A stretch of 64,000 nt of DNA from Pelagomonas calceolata (Eukaryota), in assembly GCA_918797485.1 (NCBI GenBank), contig CAKKNE010000001.1, positions 5,642,001 to 5,706,000 of the forward strand, in the 5' to 3' direction. Shown one piece after another: positions 54,005 through 64,000 of this stretch (positions are counted from its first letter, which is position 1; every line of letters starts with the position of its first letter). Below the pieces are notes generated by a model. It searched no databases. It was not told the DNA's origin and worked only from the letters and a program-made list of their open reading frames with translations. The position numbers and the translations under genes are program-made.

Positions 54005-54128
54005 CAATCTTCGCAATCTGTCCCGGTGCGGCAGCCTCGGGCCACGGCCAAGCCACACAACACAAAGTCCGCCGCATCGAAACGCCATCGGCGAGAACAC
54101 AAAAAGAAAGATACAGGAAACCCCCAAA

Positions 54129-55591
54129 TTACTCCTCACCGAGCATCGCCTGGGATGGATGGATCGAAGGCGCCGCCGGCGCATCACCGGCATTCGCCGA
54201 GTCCTCCATCCGCGTCACTTCCTCCCTACAAACTTCTTTGACCGCCGCTTTCTTCGCATCGAGGGACCCCTCCGGCGCGCCCAATATACTCTCCGCCGCC
54301 CGTCGTACCTTCTTCTGGGTGGCTTTCCCGTCCAATTGGGCAATCGCGTGCAAGACCGCGGCCTTCTCGGCCGTCGTGAGAGGAACCACATCTTTCTTCT
54401 TCGGCGCCGGCTTTTTTGCTCCCGGAGGCTTCGGTTTGCCGCTCCCGCCGACCCACTCGCCCTTGTCGTAGTCCCACGTCGCACCTAACGGAGCCCTTCC
54501 TCGAGGCTTCGGGATGCCGTTCGGCTTCTTCTTCTTGACGACGCCTGCGTGTATGCGTTATTATCGGACGGGGATAGGGACACCGGTAGTACTGTAGTAG
54601 TACGAGTTCGGGTCGATGCCTGTCGCAACACACACAGGTGAGAAGGCTGAAGGTCGTATGGGACGCCGGAAGACGCGCCGACCCACTCGCCGAGGTCCGG
54701 GTCCCAGCTCGCCGGCTTGCCCTCGGCGTTCAATGGTGCCCGCCCGCGCGGCTTGGCGTACTTGCCGCCCGTCGGCACGCGCACGGGGGGCTTCGCCTTT
54801 TGTTGGGGCGGCTTGGGCCTTGGTGCTGCTGGTGCGGGGGGCGCCGGCGGCTGCGTGGCAATCGACCGGTGAGTCGAGTCGCGTCGATGGCGTGGGGACG
54901 GCGTGCCAGTGTGACATCTACACCACGGCGCACGATCGAGCAGGTGATTTCCACACAGAATAAATACAGGTGCGGGCGCGGGCGCCGGCGGCAGCGGCAG
55001 CGGCACGCCCGGGTCCAGCCGCAGGCCGGCGCGCCTTGCTAAATCATCAGGGGTCTCGTCTCGATTGTTGAGCACGTCGCGCGGCGCGCCGGCTTTCGCC
55101 AGCACCAAGGCCGCGGCCGGCGCGCCGAAGCAGGCCAGATGCAGCGCCGTGTCGCCGTCGTCGTTCTGCCAGCCCAGCGTTCGCCGCCCATTCGCGTCAT
55201 TTAAGAGGAGTTCGACGCACGCTTTCGTCGAGGCCTCGGGCACGCCGTGCCGCGGGTAGCACGCGCCCATGAGCGGCGTCCGGGCGTTATTCGATACAAT
55301 CGACGCGTCGGCGCCGGCCTTCAGCAGTTTATCAACTAAAGCCGCCTGGCCGTTCAGCGTCGCTGCCCTCAGAGCCGTATGCGTACCCGCGGGCGTGTTG
55401 ACGGGCGCGCCCCGCGCTAATAACAAATCAACTACATCAGTGTGGCCATTCGCCACGGCTTTGATCAACGCCGTGAAGCCGTTTGCATCTTGAGCGGAGG
55501 CGGACGCGCCCGCATCTAAGCACTCGCCGACGCCGAAGAGGTCGCCCGACTCGGAGGCTTGTAATAGGGCTTCGTCGCCGAGCTGCGCCAT
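54129..55591 (-). CDS. Ankyrin-repeat protein with two KPRGRAPL...WD..GEWVG repeats and a DEK-C-like C-terminus (introns 54851-54967, 54545-54666)
   Basis: Ankyrin repeats GFTALIKA, TALRAA, RTPLMGA, GDTALHLA; exons join in frame into the 54129-54389 ORF. Confidence 0.75.
54545..54666 (-). other. GC-AG intron, 122 nt, possibly a decayed introner
   Basis: Flanks GCGTCCCA/GCGTCGTC; internal ctgtgtg; ends acacgcag; removal restores frame. Confidence 0.55.
54851..54967 (-). mobile_element. Introner GT-AG intron, 117 nt, in frame, stop-free, reverse orientation
   Basis: ctgtgtggaaatca...cgactcaccggtcgattgccacgcag. Confidence 0.75.
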
Positions 55592-56224
55592 GGTTGTTGC
55601 GCTCTTTCGGTCGCTCGCGTGCGGCGCGCGCTGCGTTGGCGTAAGCGCGGCCGGAGCGGGAGACCGCTCTCTCTGTTAAATTCGGGTCGCCCGCGGCGGC
55701 GGCGCGCGCAGGCGCTGGTGCTGCAGCAGGCGGCTTAAAGGCAAGGACTGATGAGTCCTGCTATGTTAAATATACGCCCACGGCGGTCCTAGACAAATGC
55801 GGCGGCGGCCCCAAGCCGCTTTGTGAGCCTCGCAGAGGCCTCCGCGAAATGCCAAGCAGAGAACGCATAGCGACGCATGCAGGGGTCAGAGAGTGGTACT
55901 TGAGGCGTGGACGGCGTTTGCAGTCGATTTGTGTATTCTTCACAAAACGGGTTTTTACCAAACAAAAACGCCCGCCGCCGATAAATCGACGACCCGCAGT
56001 CTCCCGGAGTCCTAGGACCGCCACGACTCAGAGCCGCCACTGTACGCGCATCGTGTTCCCCCTCGTCCGGAGTTCGGCGGCCGCCGGCGTGACGACTTGC
56101 GTGACGTACCCTATTGCACAAGGCTCAGGCTCGAAAAAAAACACAACCAGCCAAGTTAAAAGAGCGAGCTTCCTCCGACGTGGGCGATCGAGGAGCATCA
56201 AGCAGTTCAAGCAGTAGAAGTGAG

Positions 56225-59186
56225 CTAGACCTTGTCGGTCTCGACAGCGTCGCGGCCCGACTCGCCGAAGTACTCGCGGGCCGGCGCCGGGGTCTTGACG
56301 CTCCGGCGCCCCGCGACGAACGCCCCAACAATAAGCACGGCAGCGACGACGCAGATCGTCGCGATGATGTTGCCCGAGGCCGTCGTCGTGATCGTGTCGG
56401 AGCTGCCCGACGATGATGATGAAGATGCGGCCGGCATGATCTCGGCGGCGGCAGCGAGGGCGACAGGCGCGGGAGTCACGGGGGCGGTCGTGGGCGCGGG
56501 CGCCGGCGCTGACGTCGGGTTGCCCGGAGACACAGTCGGCGAGGGCGTTGGGCGCGGCGTCGGCGCGAAGATTGGCGCCATCGACGGCGAGTCCTCGCAG
56601 ATGTCCGACTCCGCGTAGCTCTTCTCCGCGAGGTAGTCCTGCATCTGGTGGATCTGGAAGTTTTGGCCGTTGATGATGGCCTGTGTGGAAATCTAATTTT
56701 ACGGCGCGTTCGCGTCGAACTCCACGCCATCGACGCGACGCCTGCTCGATGGCGTGGCGATGCCGGTTCCTCACCGCTCGAACGGAACCAGCACGGCCGC
56801 GTCATCGCCGAGAAATGACTTAGCGAAGAATTGTCGGGTGCACCCGACGCACCGGTTGATTTCCACACAGATGATCGCCCACATCATGTTCTCCATCTCC
56901 CTATCACCTTCGTCGGAAGCGTCGAGGGTGTTCGTTTTGAGAAGCGCTTTCGCCATGTTGACCGCGTTTTGGTGGTGCGGGATCATCTGATGAATAAAAG
57001 TGACGATGGGGTCGCTATTCGCGAGGATCGATTTCATGTTGTACTGCATGTGGCAGTCCAGCGCGTACATGCACTCTCCGAATAGTAATTGCTCGGGCGT
57101 CTCGTCGCCCTCGGTGCAGATGAAGGCATCGGCGGGGCACTTCCCGGAACTACGCGTGTAGTCGCCGACTCCAAAAGTGCCGCAAGATTGATCGTACTCT
57201 GATACTACATCAGGTTCCTTCAGCAGGGCCGGCGTGTCCTCCGGATTTAAAGGGGCGCCGTTCTCGTAGACCTTGATGCGCCCGGCCATGTAGTTGTGCA
57301 CGTTGCACCTGGGTGGAAATCAAAATTTTACCGCGCGTTCGTGCTGAATCGCCGCGTCGTCCTCCACGCCATCGACGCAGCGCCTGCTCGATGGCGTGGC
57401 GATGCCGGTTCCCCACCGCTCGACCGAGCCAGGACGGCCGCGTCATCGCCGGGAAATGACTTAGTGAAGAATTGTGCACCCGACGCACTGGTTGATTTCC
57501 GCACTCCGTTGCACATGTAGAAGAGGTCTCCACCCGCCTGCAGTCTCCTGTCTTCGTCGGCGTCCTCGCCCTCGTCGCCAACCTCGTCGGTGACTGTGAG
57601 CGTCACCGAGTAGCCCGCGGCCGCCTGCAGTGTGCGGCGGTCCTCGTCGGCGTCGGCGTCCTCGTCGCCGCCTTCGCCGGCATCCTCCTCCTCGTCGCCT
57701 TCTTCCTCGTCAGCTTCCTCCTCATCAGCTTCCTCCGCCTCGTCCTCACCCTCGTCACCGCCTTCACCCTCGTCCTCGTCCTGGCTCTGGCCCGACGCGT
57801 CCAGCCACGCCTCCCGCGCGACGACGAACGCGTCCTCGTAGGCGTCCTCGTCTATTTGATTACCGTTCAGGTAGTACGTGGCCAGGTCGTCCTCGTCGTC
57901 GTCGGGCTCCGTGCCGAACGCCAGGGGGTGGTACCAGTTCGACCTGCGTGTTCGACCGATCGCGGTCGCGGCGACGGCGTACGGCCACGCGCCCAGGCTG
58001 AAGTTTTCCGCGCGGGAACCGACGCGTCGAACTGCTCAAAGGTGTAGGTCACGCCCTTCTCGACAGCGAGGATGGGCATCGGCGTGTCGCCGCACTCGAG
58101 GAATTTCCAGCTGCCGAGCTCCGACGCGTAGGGATCCACCCAGACGTGGAACGTGTTCGTGGCATCGGCGAAGCAGTGCTCTTCAGTATTGGTCGCCGTC
58201 GAGGCGGTCGGGTCGATGACGGGCTGGAGCCCCCCGGGCAGGTCCGCGACGCCGTCAACGGCCTCGCTGAGGATCCGCGTGGCGTCGAAGGGCGCCGGCT
58301 GGAACGGGACGAGCTTTTCGCGGAGCTCCTCGTCCTCGACGTCCTCAGACTTCGGCGCGTCGCGAAAGGTCACGTGGTCCTCGCACCAGGCGTCCGGCGC
58401 CGACTGCATGGAGTCGTTCTCGCACTCGTCGAGCACCTTCTGGAGTTGTGCGGCCTCCCACCCACTAAAATAGTCGGCGTGGAAGTAGCCGGTGCCATCG
58501 CTAAAAAGATGAATGCCGCCATGGTAGGGCGCGATGCGCGTGAAGACGGCGATCTGCGGCAGCCGCACCGGGTGCGTGCCGGGACACTCTCCGTCGGCCT
58601 CGCTGTTCTTGGTGTACGCCATGTGCGAGCGGTGGTCGGAGCTGTCCAAATTGACGCCGTCCCAACACGATGGCATGAGCATCGAGAGCTCGAGCTCGTC
58701 GCAGCTCGTCGCCGGGAAGAAGTCGTTCCACCGGTCGCAGACGCCGTCGGGGCAGGGCCCCGGGTTCGAGCAGTCGGCCTCCTGCCGCGCCGCCTCGTAA
58801 CCGGCGCCGCCGCCGATCATCTTGAGGCCGTCGGGGAAGGCCGTCGTGGCGCCCGTCGGCCAGATGTAGTACGTGCTGAAGTAGGACGTGTCCTGGATCT
58901 CGTACTGTCCGTCGACGTACCGGTAGATCGTCGGGTGCCAATACAGACTCTTGTTCTCCTCGACGTTGCCCGTGTTCCCCGCCGCGTTCCGCAGAGTCTC
59001 GTAGGTCGTGCCCGGCGCGGCCTCGGTCGCTCCGTAGAAGCTGTGGACGTGCGGCGAAAGTCCGTCGGGATCAGTAATTGGGTCGGTGCGCACGTTCGTG
59101 AGGCGCAGGTAGTCGATCTTCATGCTGGTGGCCGCCGCATGCGGCAGCAGCGCCAGCAGGGGCAGCAGCTTCTCCAGGGCAGGCAT
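56225..59186 (-). CDS. Cell-surface protein: signal + DUF1996 + cupredoxin-like + DUF305-like + Pro/Thr stalk + TM (introns 57944-58023, 57309-57514, 56681-56878)
   Basis: RTDPI...HVHSFYG, NKSLYWHP, PSCWDG.NLDS.DH.SHM, FHADYF (DUF1996); WYHPL...FYMCNVHNYMAGRIKV; FIHQMIPHHQNAVNMAK; C-terminal TM. Confidence 0.82.
56681..56878 (-). mobile_element. Full-length introner GC-AG intron, 198 nt
   Basis: TSD GCGATCAT/GCCATCAT; both TIRs intact; closely similar to 46101-46303. Confidence 0.93.
57309..57514 (-). mobile_element. Full-length introner GT-AG intron, 206 nt
   Basis: Perfect TSD GTGCAACG; closely similar to 46101-46303. Confidence 0.93.
57944..58023 (-). mobile_element. Decayed introner-like GT-AG intron, 80 nt
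   Basis: Flanks GTCGGTTC/GTCGAACT; removal restores FDASNWYHPL. Confidence 0.55.
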
Positions 59187-59427
59187 CTTTGTTGGTGCTA
59201 GCTCTTCAGGGCCGCCGCAAGCGCTGCAGGGACGGTACGCGTTGCAAACGATGTCCAGATGGCGCCGCTTTCACCCGTTTGGGCTGTGTTTACGCTCAGA
59301 CGCCGGGCAAGACGCCGCGCAATTCTGGGAAGCTGCCGGGCACTGACAACTCAAAAAAAAAAAAAGCTCGTATGGCCAGGGACAAGGTGTCGCGCCGTAG
59401 CGCCCGGGAAACTACTACCGTACTCCA

Positions 59428-62400
59428 TTACTCAGACGGCGGATCCAGCGGCGGCGGATCCTGCAGCTTGGGAAAGCCCACGTGGAGCACGTCGTCGGCG
59501 GCGAAGTCCTCGAGCGGCACGGAGTCCTCCAACGCGGCGCACTCGGTGAAGTCATGCACCACCCGCGGCGGGTCGACTCCTTCCACTTTCGCAGTGACGC
59601 GCGCGGCCTCGGCGACGCCCGCGGACTTGCGCGGAGGTAAAGCGTCGTGGTGCGCCGCGGGCGCCTGTGCCAAGGTCGCCGCGACGAACGCCGCGTGGCC
59701 CTCTCCTGACAATATTGACCAATCAGGAGTCAAAGGAGAAGCATCAAGTAAATTGCCACTCCCTTTCATCAGTTCATTGGTCGACGCCGAGGCCTCGCCG
59801 ACGCCGTGTAAGACGGCCTTGACGCGCGTCGTCATTTTTCGGGTCAATGTGCCGGACGGCGAGAAGGGAGCCTCCTCCGACGACGACACGGAATTCGATT
59901 TGACTGGAGATGACGTGACTTCACTGAAAGTAACGTTGAGTAAAGCTGCGACGTCGCCCTTGCTCACCTCGGTTTCTGCACTCAAATTCGCCAGTGCCAC
60001 GGCGCACCAGTGCTTCGTGACGTCGTTCGCTCGCGTATCTTCCGCGGCTCGTACGAGCGCGTCCACCGCGCCGTCCGAGACCATTCTTGATCTTGACGGT
60101 TTATGCTCGCTCAGGTAGCACAAACACGCCGCGGCGCACTGCCTCGCTTGGACGTTGGCCGTCGTCGAGAGCTTTTCGACGGCCAGACAGCAGCCTGAAT
60201 TCACAAGATCGCCTCTCCTCGCAGGATCATAATGCGTCAAATCAAAGAGCGCCCTTAGTACACGCCACTGGCCTGCTTGATCGTCACTCACAGATGATTG
60301 TGATGATAGGGCGAGTAGAGCGGCTCCTGACGCATCCCGCCCGAGATCGGACGCCAGTGACGCCGTCCTTGCAATATCACAGAAGAAGGCCGCCGCGTCC
60401 CTTGCGCAGTGTTCTATATCATTACCGGGGCCAATACAAAGTTGGGCGACGCAAGCCGCGCCGCCATCATTGACAAGCTGCTCATGAACGGAACTATCCG
60501 CGGCGAACCTCCGAAGACAGGCCACGACCGCTTTGGGCACATCTGCCAATCTAGCTGTCGCGTTGGCGTCTCCCTTAGATCTTCGTCGTGCCACGTGCTT
60601 GCCGAGGACAGCTAGACCGGCGACACTTCGTTGCGAGACCATGTCCGGAACTAATTCCGGAGACGCCGACAGGTACAACATGCCCCGCGCCACCGCGTCC
60701 GCATTTGCGTCGCGGTCCTTCGCGTCCCGTAAACATGCACCAACTAGTGCCGTCGGCGCGCCGGCTTTGACCAGAGGACCTCGCAAACATTCATGGATCG
60801 CGAGACACGCGATCGTTCGCACCGCTGCCCTCGCAACCAGCACATCATGAGTCAGAGCTAAATGAACCGGCACGGGCGCCGCGCCATCTCTGGCAACTAG
60901 TTTGATCTGGTCCTCGTCGCCTCTCCCCGTAATCGCTGCTAATGCGCCACAGCACGCCAACGACGCCGCATCATCACCCTGGACGCTCAGGACGCGCACG
61001 ACGTGTAAGGCTCCCGTCCGAGCCGCGTCTTTCGACGTTCCCGAGTCCCGCAACAAGTTACAAGCCGCCAGACCGGCGGTTAAACGGGTCGAGCGCGTCT
61101 TCGACCGTAGCAAGGTATAGGCACCGTGCAACACCTTGTTCTTCGCTAGCACTAGCATCTTCCTTCCTTCACTCGTCATACACGTCGCGGCAAATAAAGC
61201 TGCCACGAGTTCTAAAGTCTGCTCGTCGTCCTGCGCCGCCAGCAGGCCGAAGGCGTGGGCGAAGGCCATGGCGTCCGTCTTGTCCTTCGGGGCCTTCTTC
61301 TTATCTTCCTCTTCTGCCGGAGGTGCCAACGACGACGCGATCAGCGCTTCGAGCGTCGAAGGCGTGCAGATGTTCCACAGGGCTTGAGCGACGCATTTTC
61401 GCGTCGTGACGGCGGAGGCCCGCATCGTGCCCACGAGCATCAGGATCTGGAGAGCACCACTTTTCACAAGTGCGGAAGGCGTCTCGGAAGCATGAGCCAG
61501 GTTACAGAAGCACCTTGCTATATCATTCTGCATGTCCTCGGAGTAGCTTTCGGACAGCCGCCCCAACGCAGCAACGATGCCGTCCTCCACTAACTGTAGG
61601 CGTCGTTCGTCGTCCTCGTCCGACGAGACGTTACAGAGCGTCGTCGCGCACCGCGTCGTAATGACGTGGCCCTCGTCCCCCGGAGTAATCTGGACGGGAC
61701 AGGTCTTGGTGATCTCCAACACAGCCCTTAGTGCGCCGGCCTTTTGCATTTGGGCCCTTGCTGTCTTATCATATGACAATGACGCGAGAGCCGCGCAGCA
61801 CCCACCGACTAAGGCCGCATCACACGCACCCACGACATCAGCACCCAAATATTCGGGAGACGACGGGTCCATCTCGGGATCCGGCTCGAAGATGTGGCGC
61901 CGTAACGCATTACTGAAATCGGTCAGCGGCGAGTTATCCCCACCCTCCACAAACGCCGCAAAAATAGCATCCTTGGCGAATGCTGCATTTGCGAGGGCCG
62001 TAGCACAGGTCGCCTGCACCGCTAGAGCGTCGCCCCGCAGTAGCATGGTCAAGCAAGGTAACATACCACCTTGCACGAGCAGGTCCATCGACGGCGGCGA
62101 CGCGCACGCGGCCAGGTTGTCCAGCGCCTCGGCGACCACTCCTAATACTCTCTCTTCCGCAGGGTCCTCATCATCCACAGGTGGTCCGGTCAAACCACCT
62201 CGCAACTTCGCGCGGTCCCGCTTCACTTGATCGTCGGACCCATGACATTGTATAGCTATCTTCAGGCACTCTCCGATATTGACCAAAGCAGCACCGATAC
62301 CTTGTTCCGTAGCTTTTTCCGTCTCGCCTCCTGTCGAAACGTAGTAGCACGCTAGAGCCAAAGCTTCGACGAATTGGACCGACGCGCCGCCGGCATGCTT

Positions 62401-63999
62401 GGACGTCTCTCCTCCTTTCGCAAGTTCTTCCAGTATAGTGATGATGGGTTTGAGCACGCCGCCCTGCACGATGAATGAGGTATGAGAAGATACGTCAGCT
62501 AAGATTTGCGCCAATGCTCGACTCCATCCTAAACGAGTGGACGGGTCTTGACTGGAGGCCAACAACACGAGAACATCCGCAGCTACTACACCAGTACAGC
62601 ACGTGGTTTCATCAATAGTGCTACCACTGTTAAAGTCGAAATCCAATCCACTTTTCTCGGGTTTCTCGGCCATCGCGTCTCTGGTCGCTTGCAGGGATTC
62701 GTCATTCACCTCATAGGTTCTTTCACAAATGCGTTCGATGCTACCTTTCCTCCTCGACAGATTAAGTAGAGCCTCCGCTAACGGTCGTGTCGCCGACGCG
62801 AGGCCTCGGCCCCGCATCGCGATGTCTCTCGCGCACTCGAGACCGCCATCCCGCAGGATGCGATCTCTAGAACCAACATCTCTTGAGAGTTTGGCCAGGG
62901 TCTGCGCCACTGCTGTTAAACGTTGCGGATCGCAGTAGTCCGCCAGCATGCATAATATAGGCACCGTACCCCTTGAAACAAGGTCGCTCCGACACGACCG
63001 CGCCGCGGCCAGGTTGTGCATGGCGTTCGCCACGGCGTCGGCCACCCTAAAAGCCTTGAAGGGCCAGTTGTCCGGGCTATCATCATCTGCGACCGCTTTG
63101 AGTGTTACTAATGCCCCAGCTTCTATGAGTCGAGCCCGCATCGTGAAGAACACGGAAGCGTTGCAGCAGCAGGCCGCTGCTACTCTTCGCGCGTCCATAA
63201 ATTCGGTCACGGGCAAAGCGCAGGCCGCTTTTACGACCGTGTCGAGGCCGTCGTAAGGCTCGTCGACGGTCGTCAAATTGTACAAGGCTTGGACACACGC
63301 ATTCGCGGCGCTTTTGGGGCCGTGGGCCAACGTCAAGCGACAGGCCGGCACGACGCCGTCCGCGACCATGGCCTCTTCCCCTCCTCGGCAGAACGACATG
63401 TTCGCGAGCGTGCGCGCGCAGTGCAAGGCTACGCGTAGACCCGCCGTTTCTCTGCGTCGTTCTTCCGAACCGGGCGCCGGGTCCGCGATGCCGTATTCCC
63501 ATCTTCTCTTCAAGATAGCTTGTCTTCGCGCCGTCGCGGCCGGTAGGCCCGTCGCGAGTTGCAACACGGCGACCATGACGCCCGCCTTGAGCAAGGCATC
63601 GATATAGTCGCCCCGTTTCGTCAAGTTTGATAATGCAACAGCAACAGCGCATCGGATGCGGTCATCATCTAACCCAGCAAGACCACATAAGGCCACAACC
63701 GCCCCTTCATCCAATAAATGCTTGACGTTGTTTTCCTTCTTGCAGTAGTTCCGCAACGTCACAGCCAACTGTTGGCGCTGCGTCATGTCCTCCGGCTCCG
63801 ATTCGTCGGCGGACGACACATCATCAGCCATGTCGGCCGGTAGACCACCTGCTGTTGATGGTGGTCTTTCATCATCCATCTCTCCCAGGTGCGACGGCCG
63901 CTCCAGCACATCACCGGAGTGGTCCGAGCCCGTGTCCCAGTGGTCCTCGACCTCTTCAGGCTTGATGGCCGTCACGCGCGACTTGTACAGAACGCCCTC
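59428..63999 (-). CDS. Large armadillo-repeat protein (more than 1515 aa), 5' partial
   Basis: Many ARM-type repeats (G.V..L..L...CA.AL.NL); frame open to the window edge. Confidence 0.88.
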   Translation of the reverse strand, partial: EGVLYKSRVTAIKPEEVEDHWDTGSDHSGDVLERPSHLGEMDDERPPSTAGGLPADMADDVSSADESEPEDMTQRQQLAVTLRNYCKKENNVKHLLDEGAVVALCGLAGLDDDRIRCAVAVALSNLTKRGDYIDALLKAGVMVAVLQLATGLPAATARRQAILKRRWEYGIADPAPGSEERRRETAGLRVALHCARTLANMSFCRGGEEAMVADGVVPACRLTLAHGPKSAANACVQALYNLTTVDEPYDGLDTVVKAACALPVTEFMDARRVAAACCCNASVFFTMRARLIEAGALVTLKAVADDDSPDNWPFKAFRVADAVANAMHNLAAARSCRSDLVSRGTVPILCMLADYCDPQRLTAVAQTLAKLSRDVGSRDRILRDGGLECARDIAMRGRGLASATRPLAEALLNLSRRKGSIERICERTYEVNDESLQATRDAMAEKPEKSGLDFDFNSGSTIDETTCCTGVVAADVLVLLASSQDPSTRLGWSRALAQILADVSSHTSFIVQGGVLKPIITILEELAKGGETSKHAGGASVQFVEALALACYYVSTGGETEKATEQGIGAALVNIGECLKIAIQCHGSDDQVKRDRAKLRGGLTGPPVDDEDPAEERVLGVVAEALDNLAACASPPSMDLLVQGGMLPCLTMLLRGDALAVQATCATALANAAFAKDAIFAAFVEGGDNSPLTDFSNALRRHIFEPDPEMDPSSPEYLGADVVGACDAALVGGCCAALASLSYDKTARAQMQKAGALRAVLEITKTCPVQITPGDEGHVITTRCATTLCNVSSDEDDERRLQLVEDGIVAALGRLSESYSEDMQNDIARCFCNLAHASETPSALVKSGALQILMLVGTMRASAVTTRKCVAQALWNICTPSTLEALIASSLAPPAEEEDKKKAPKDKTDAMAFAHAFGLLAAQDDEQTLELVAALFAATCMTSEGRKMLVLAKNKVLHGAYTLLRSKTRSTRLTAGLAACNLLRDSGTSKDAARTGALHVVRVLSVQGDDAASLACCGALAAITGRGDEDQIKLVARDGAAPVPVHLALTHDVLVARAAVRTIACLAIHECLRGPLVKAGAPTALVGACLRDAKDRDANADAVARGMLYLSASPELVPDMVSQRSVAGLAVLGKHVARRRSKGDANATARLADVPKAVVACLRRFAADSSVHEQLVNDGGAACVAQLCIGPGNDIEHCARDAAAFFCDIARTASLASDLGRDASGAALLALSSQSSVSDDQAGQWRVLRALFDLTHYDPARRGDLVNSGCCLAVEKLSTTANVQARQCAAACLCYLSEHKPSRSRMVSDGAVDALVRAAEDTRANDVTKHWCAVALANLSAETEVSKGDVAALLNVTFSEVTSSPVKSNSVSSSEEAPFSPSGTLTRKMTTRVKAVLHGVGEASASTNELMKGSGNLLDASPLTPDWSILSGEGHAAFVAATLAQAPAAHHDALPPRKSAGVAEAARVTAKVEGVDPPRVVHDFTECAALEDSVPLEDFAADDVLHVGFPKLQDPPPLDPPSE

Positions 64000-64000
64000 A

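Overview
Compact, GC-rich eukaryotic nuclear DNA with about 35 protein genes and short intergenic gaps. Signal+transit-type presequences and introner-like introns point to a pelagophyte alga (Pelagomonas/Aureococcus-like; this is inference). Three things stand out. (1) About 19 spliceosomal introns derive from a non-autonomous DNA transposon family (introners). The best copies have 15-bp TIRs (CTGTGTGGAAATCAA...TTGATTTCCACACAG) and 8-bp TSDs; the TIR supplies the CAG acceptor and the TSD supplies a GT or GC donor, in either orientation. (2) A 372-nt intron of a small, probably plastid-targeted gene hosts a same-strand array: a structured RNA candidate, tRNA-Leu(TAA) with a 24-nt bulge-helix-bulge intron in its D-loop, and tRNA-Trp(CCA). 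No oligo-T terminator is visible. (3) A CTAG-N12-16-CTAG motif (consensus CTAGCGGCYTGTAAGACACTAG) occurs 16 times, always intergenic and nearly always upstream of a gene start. Also present: an MsrB-MsrA fusion plus a decayed MsrA paralog fragment, a DUF1996-cupredoxin-DUF305 surface protein, a DHFC variant of a DHHC enzyme and a truncated trypsin gene. All splice models and family assignments were made by eye, without RNA data or database searches.
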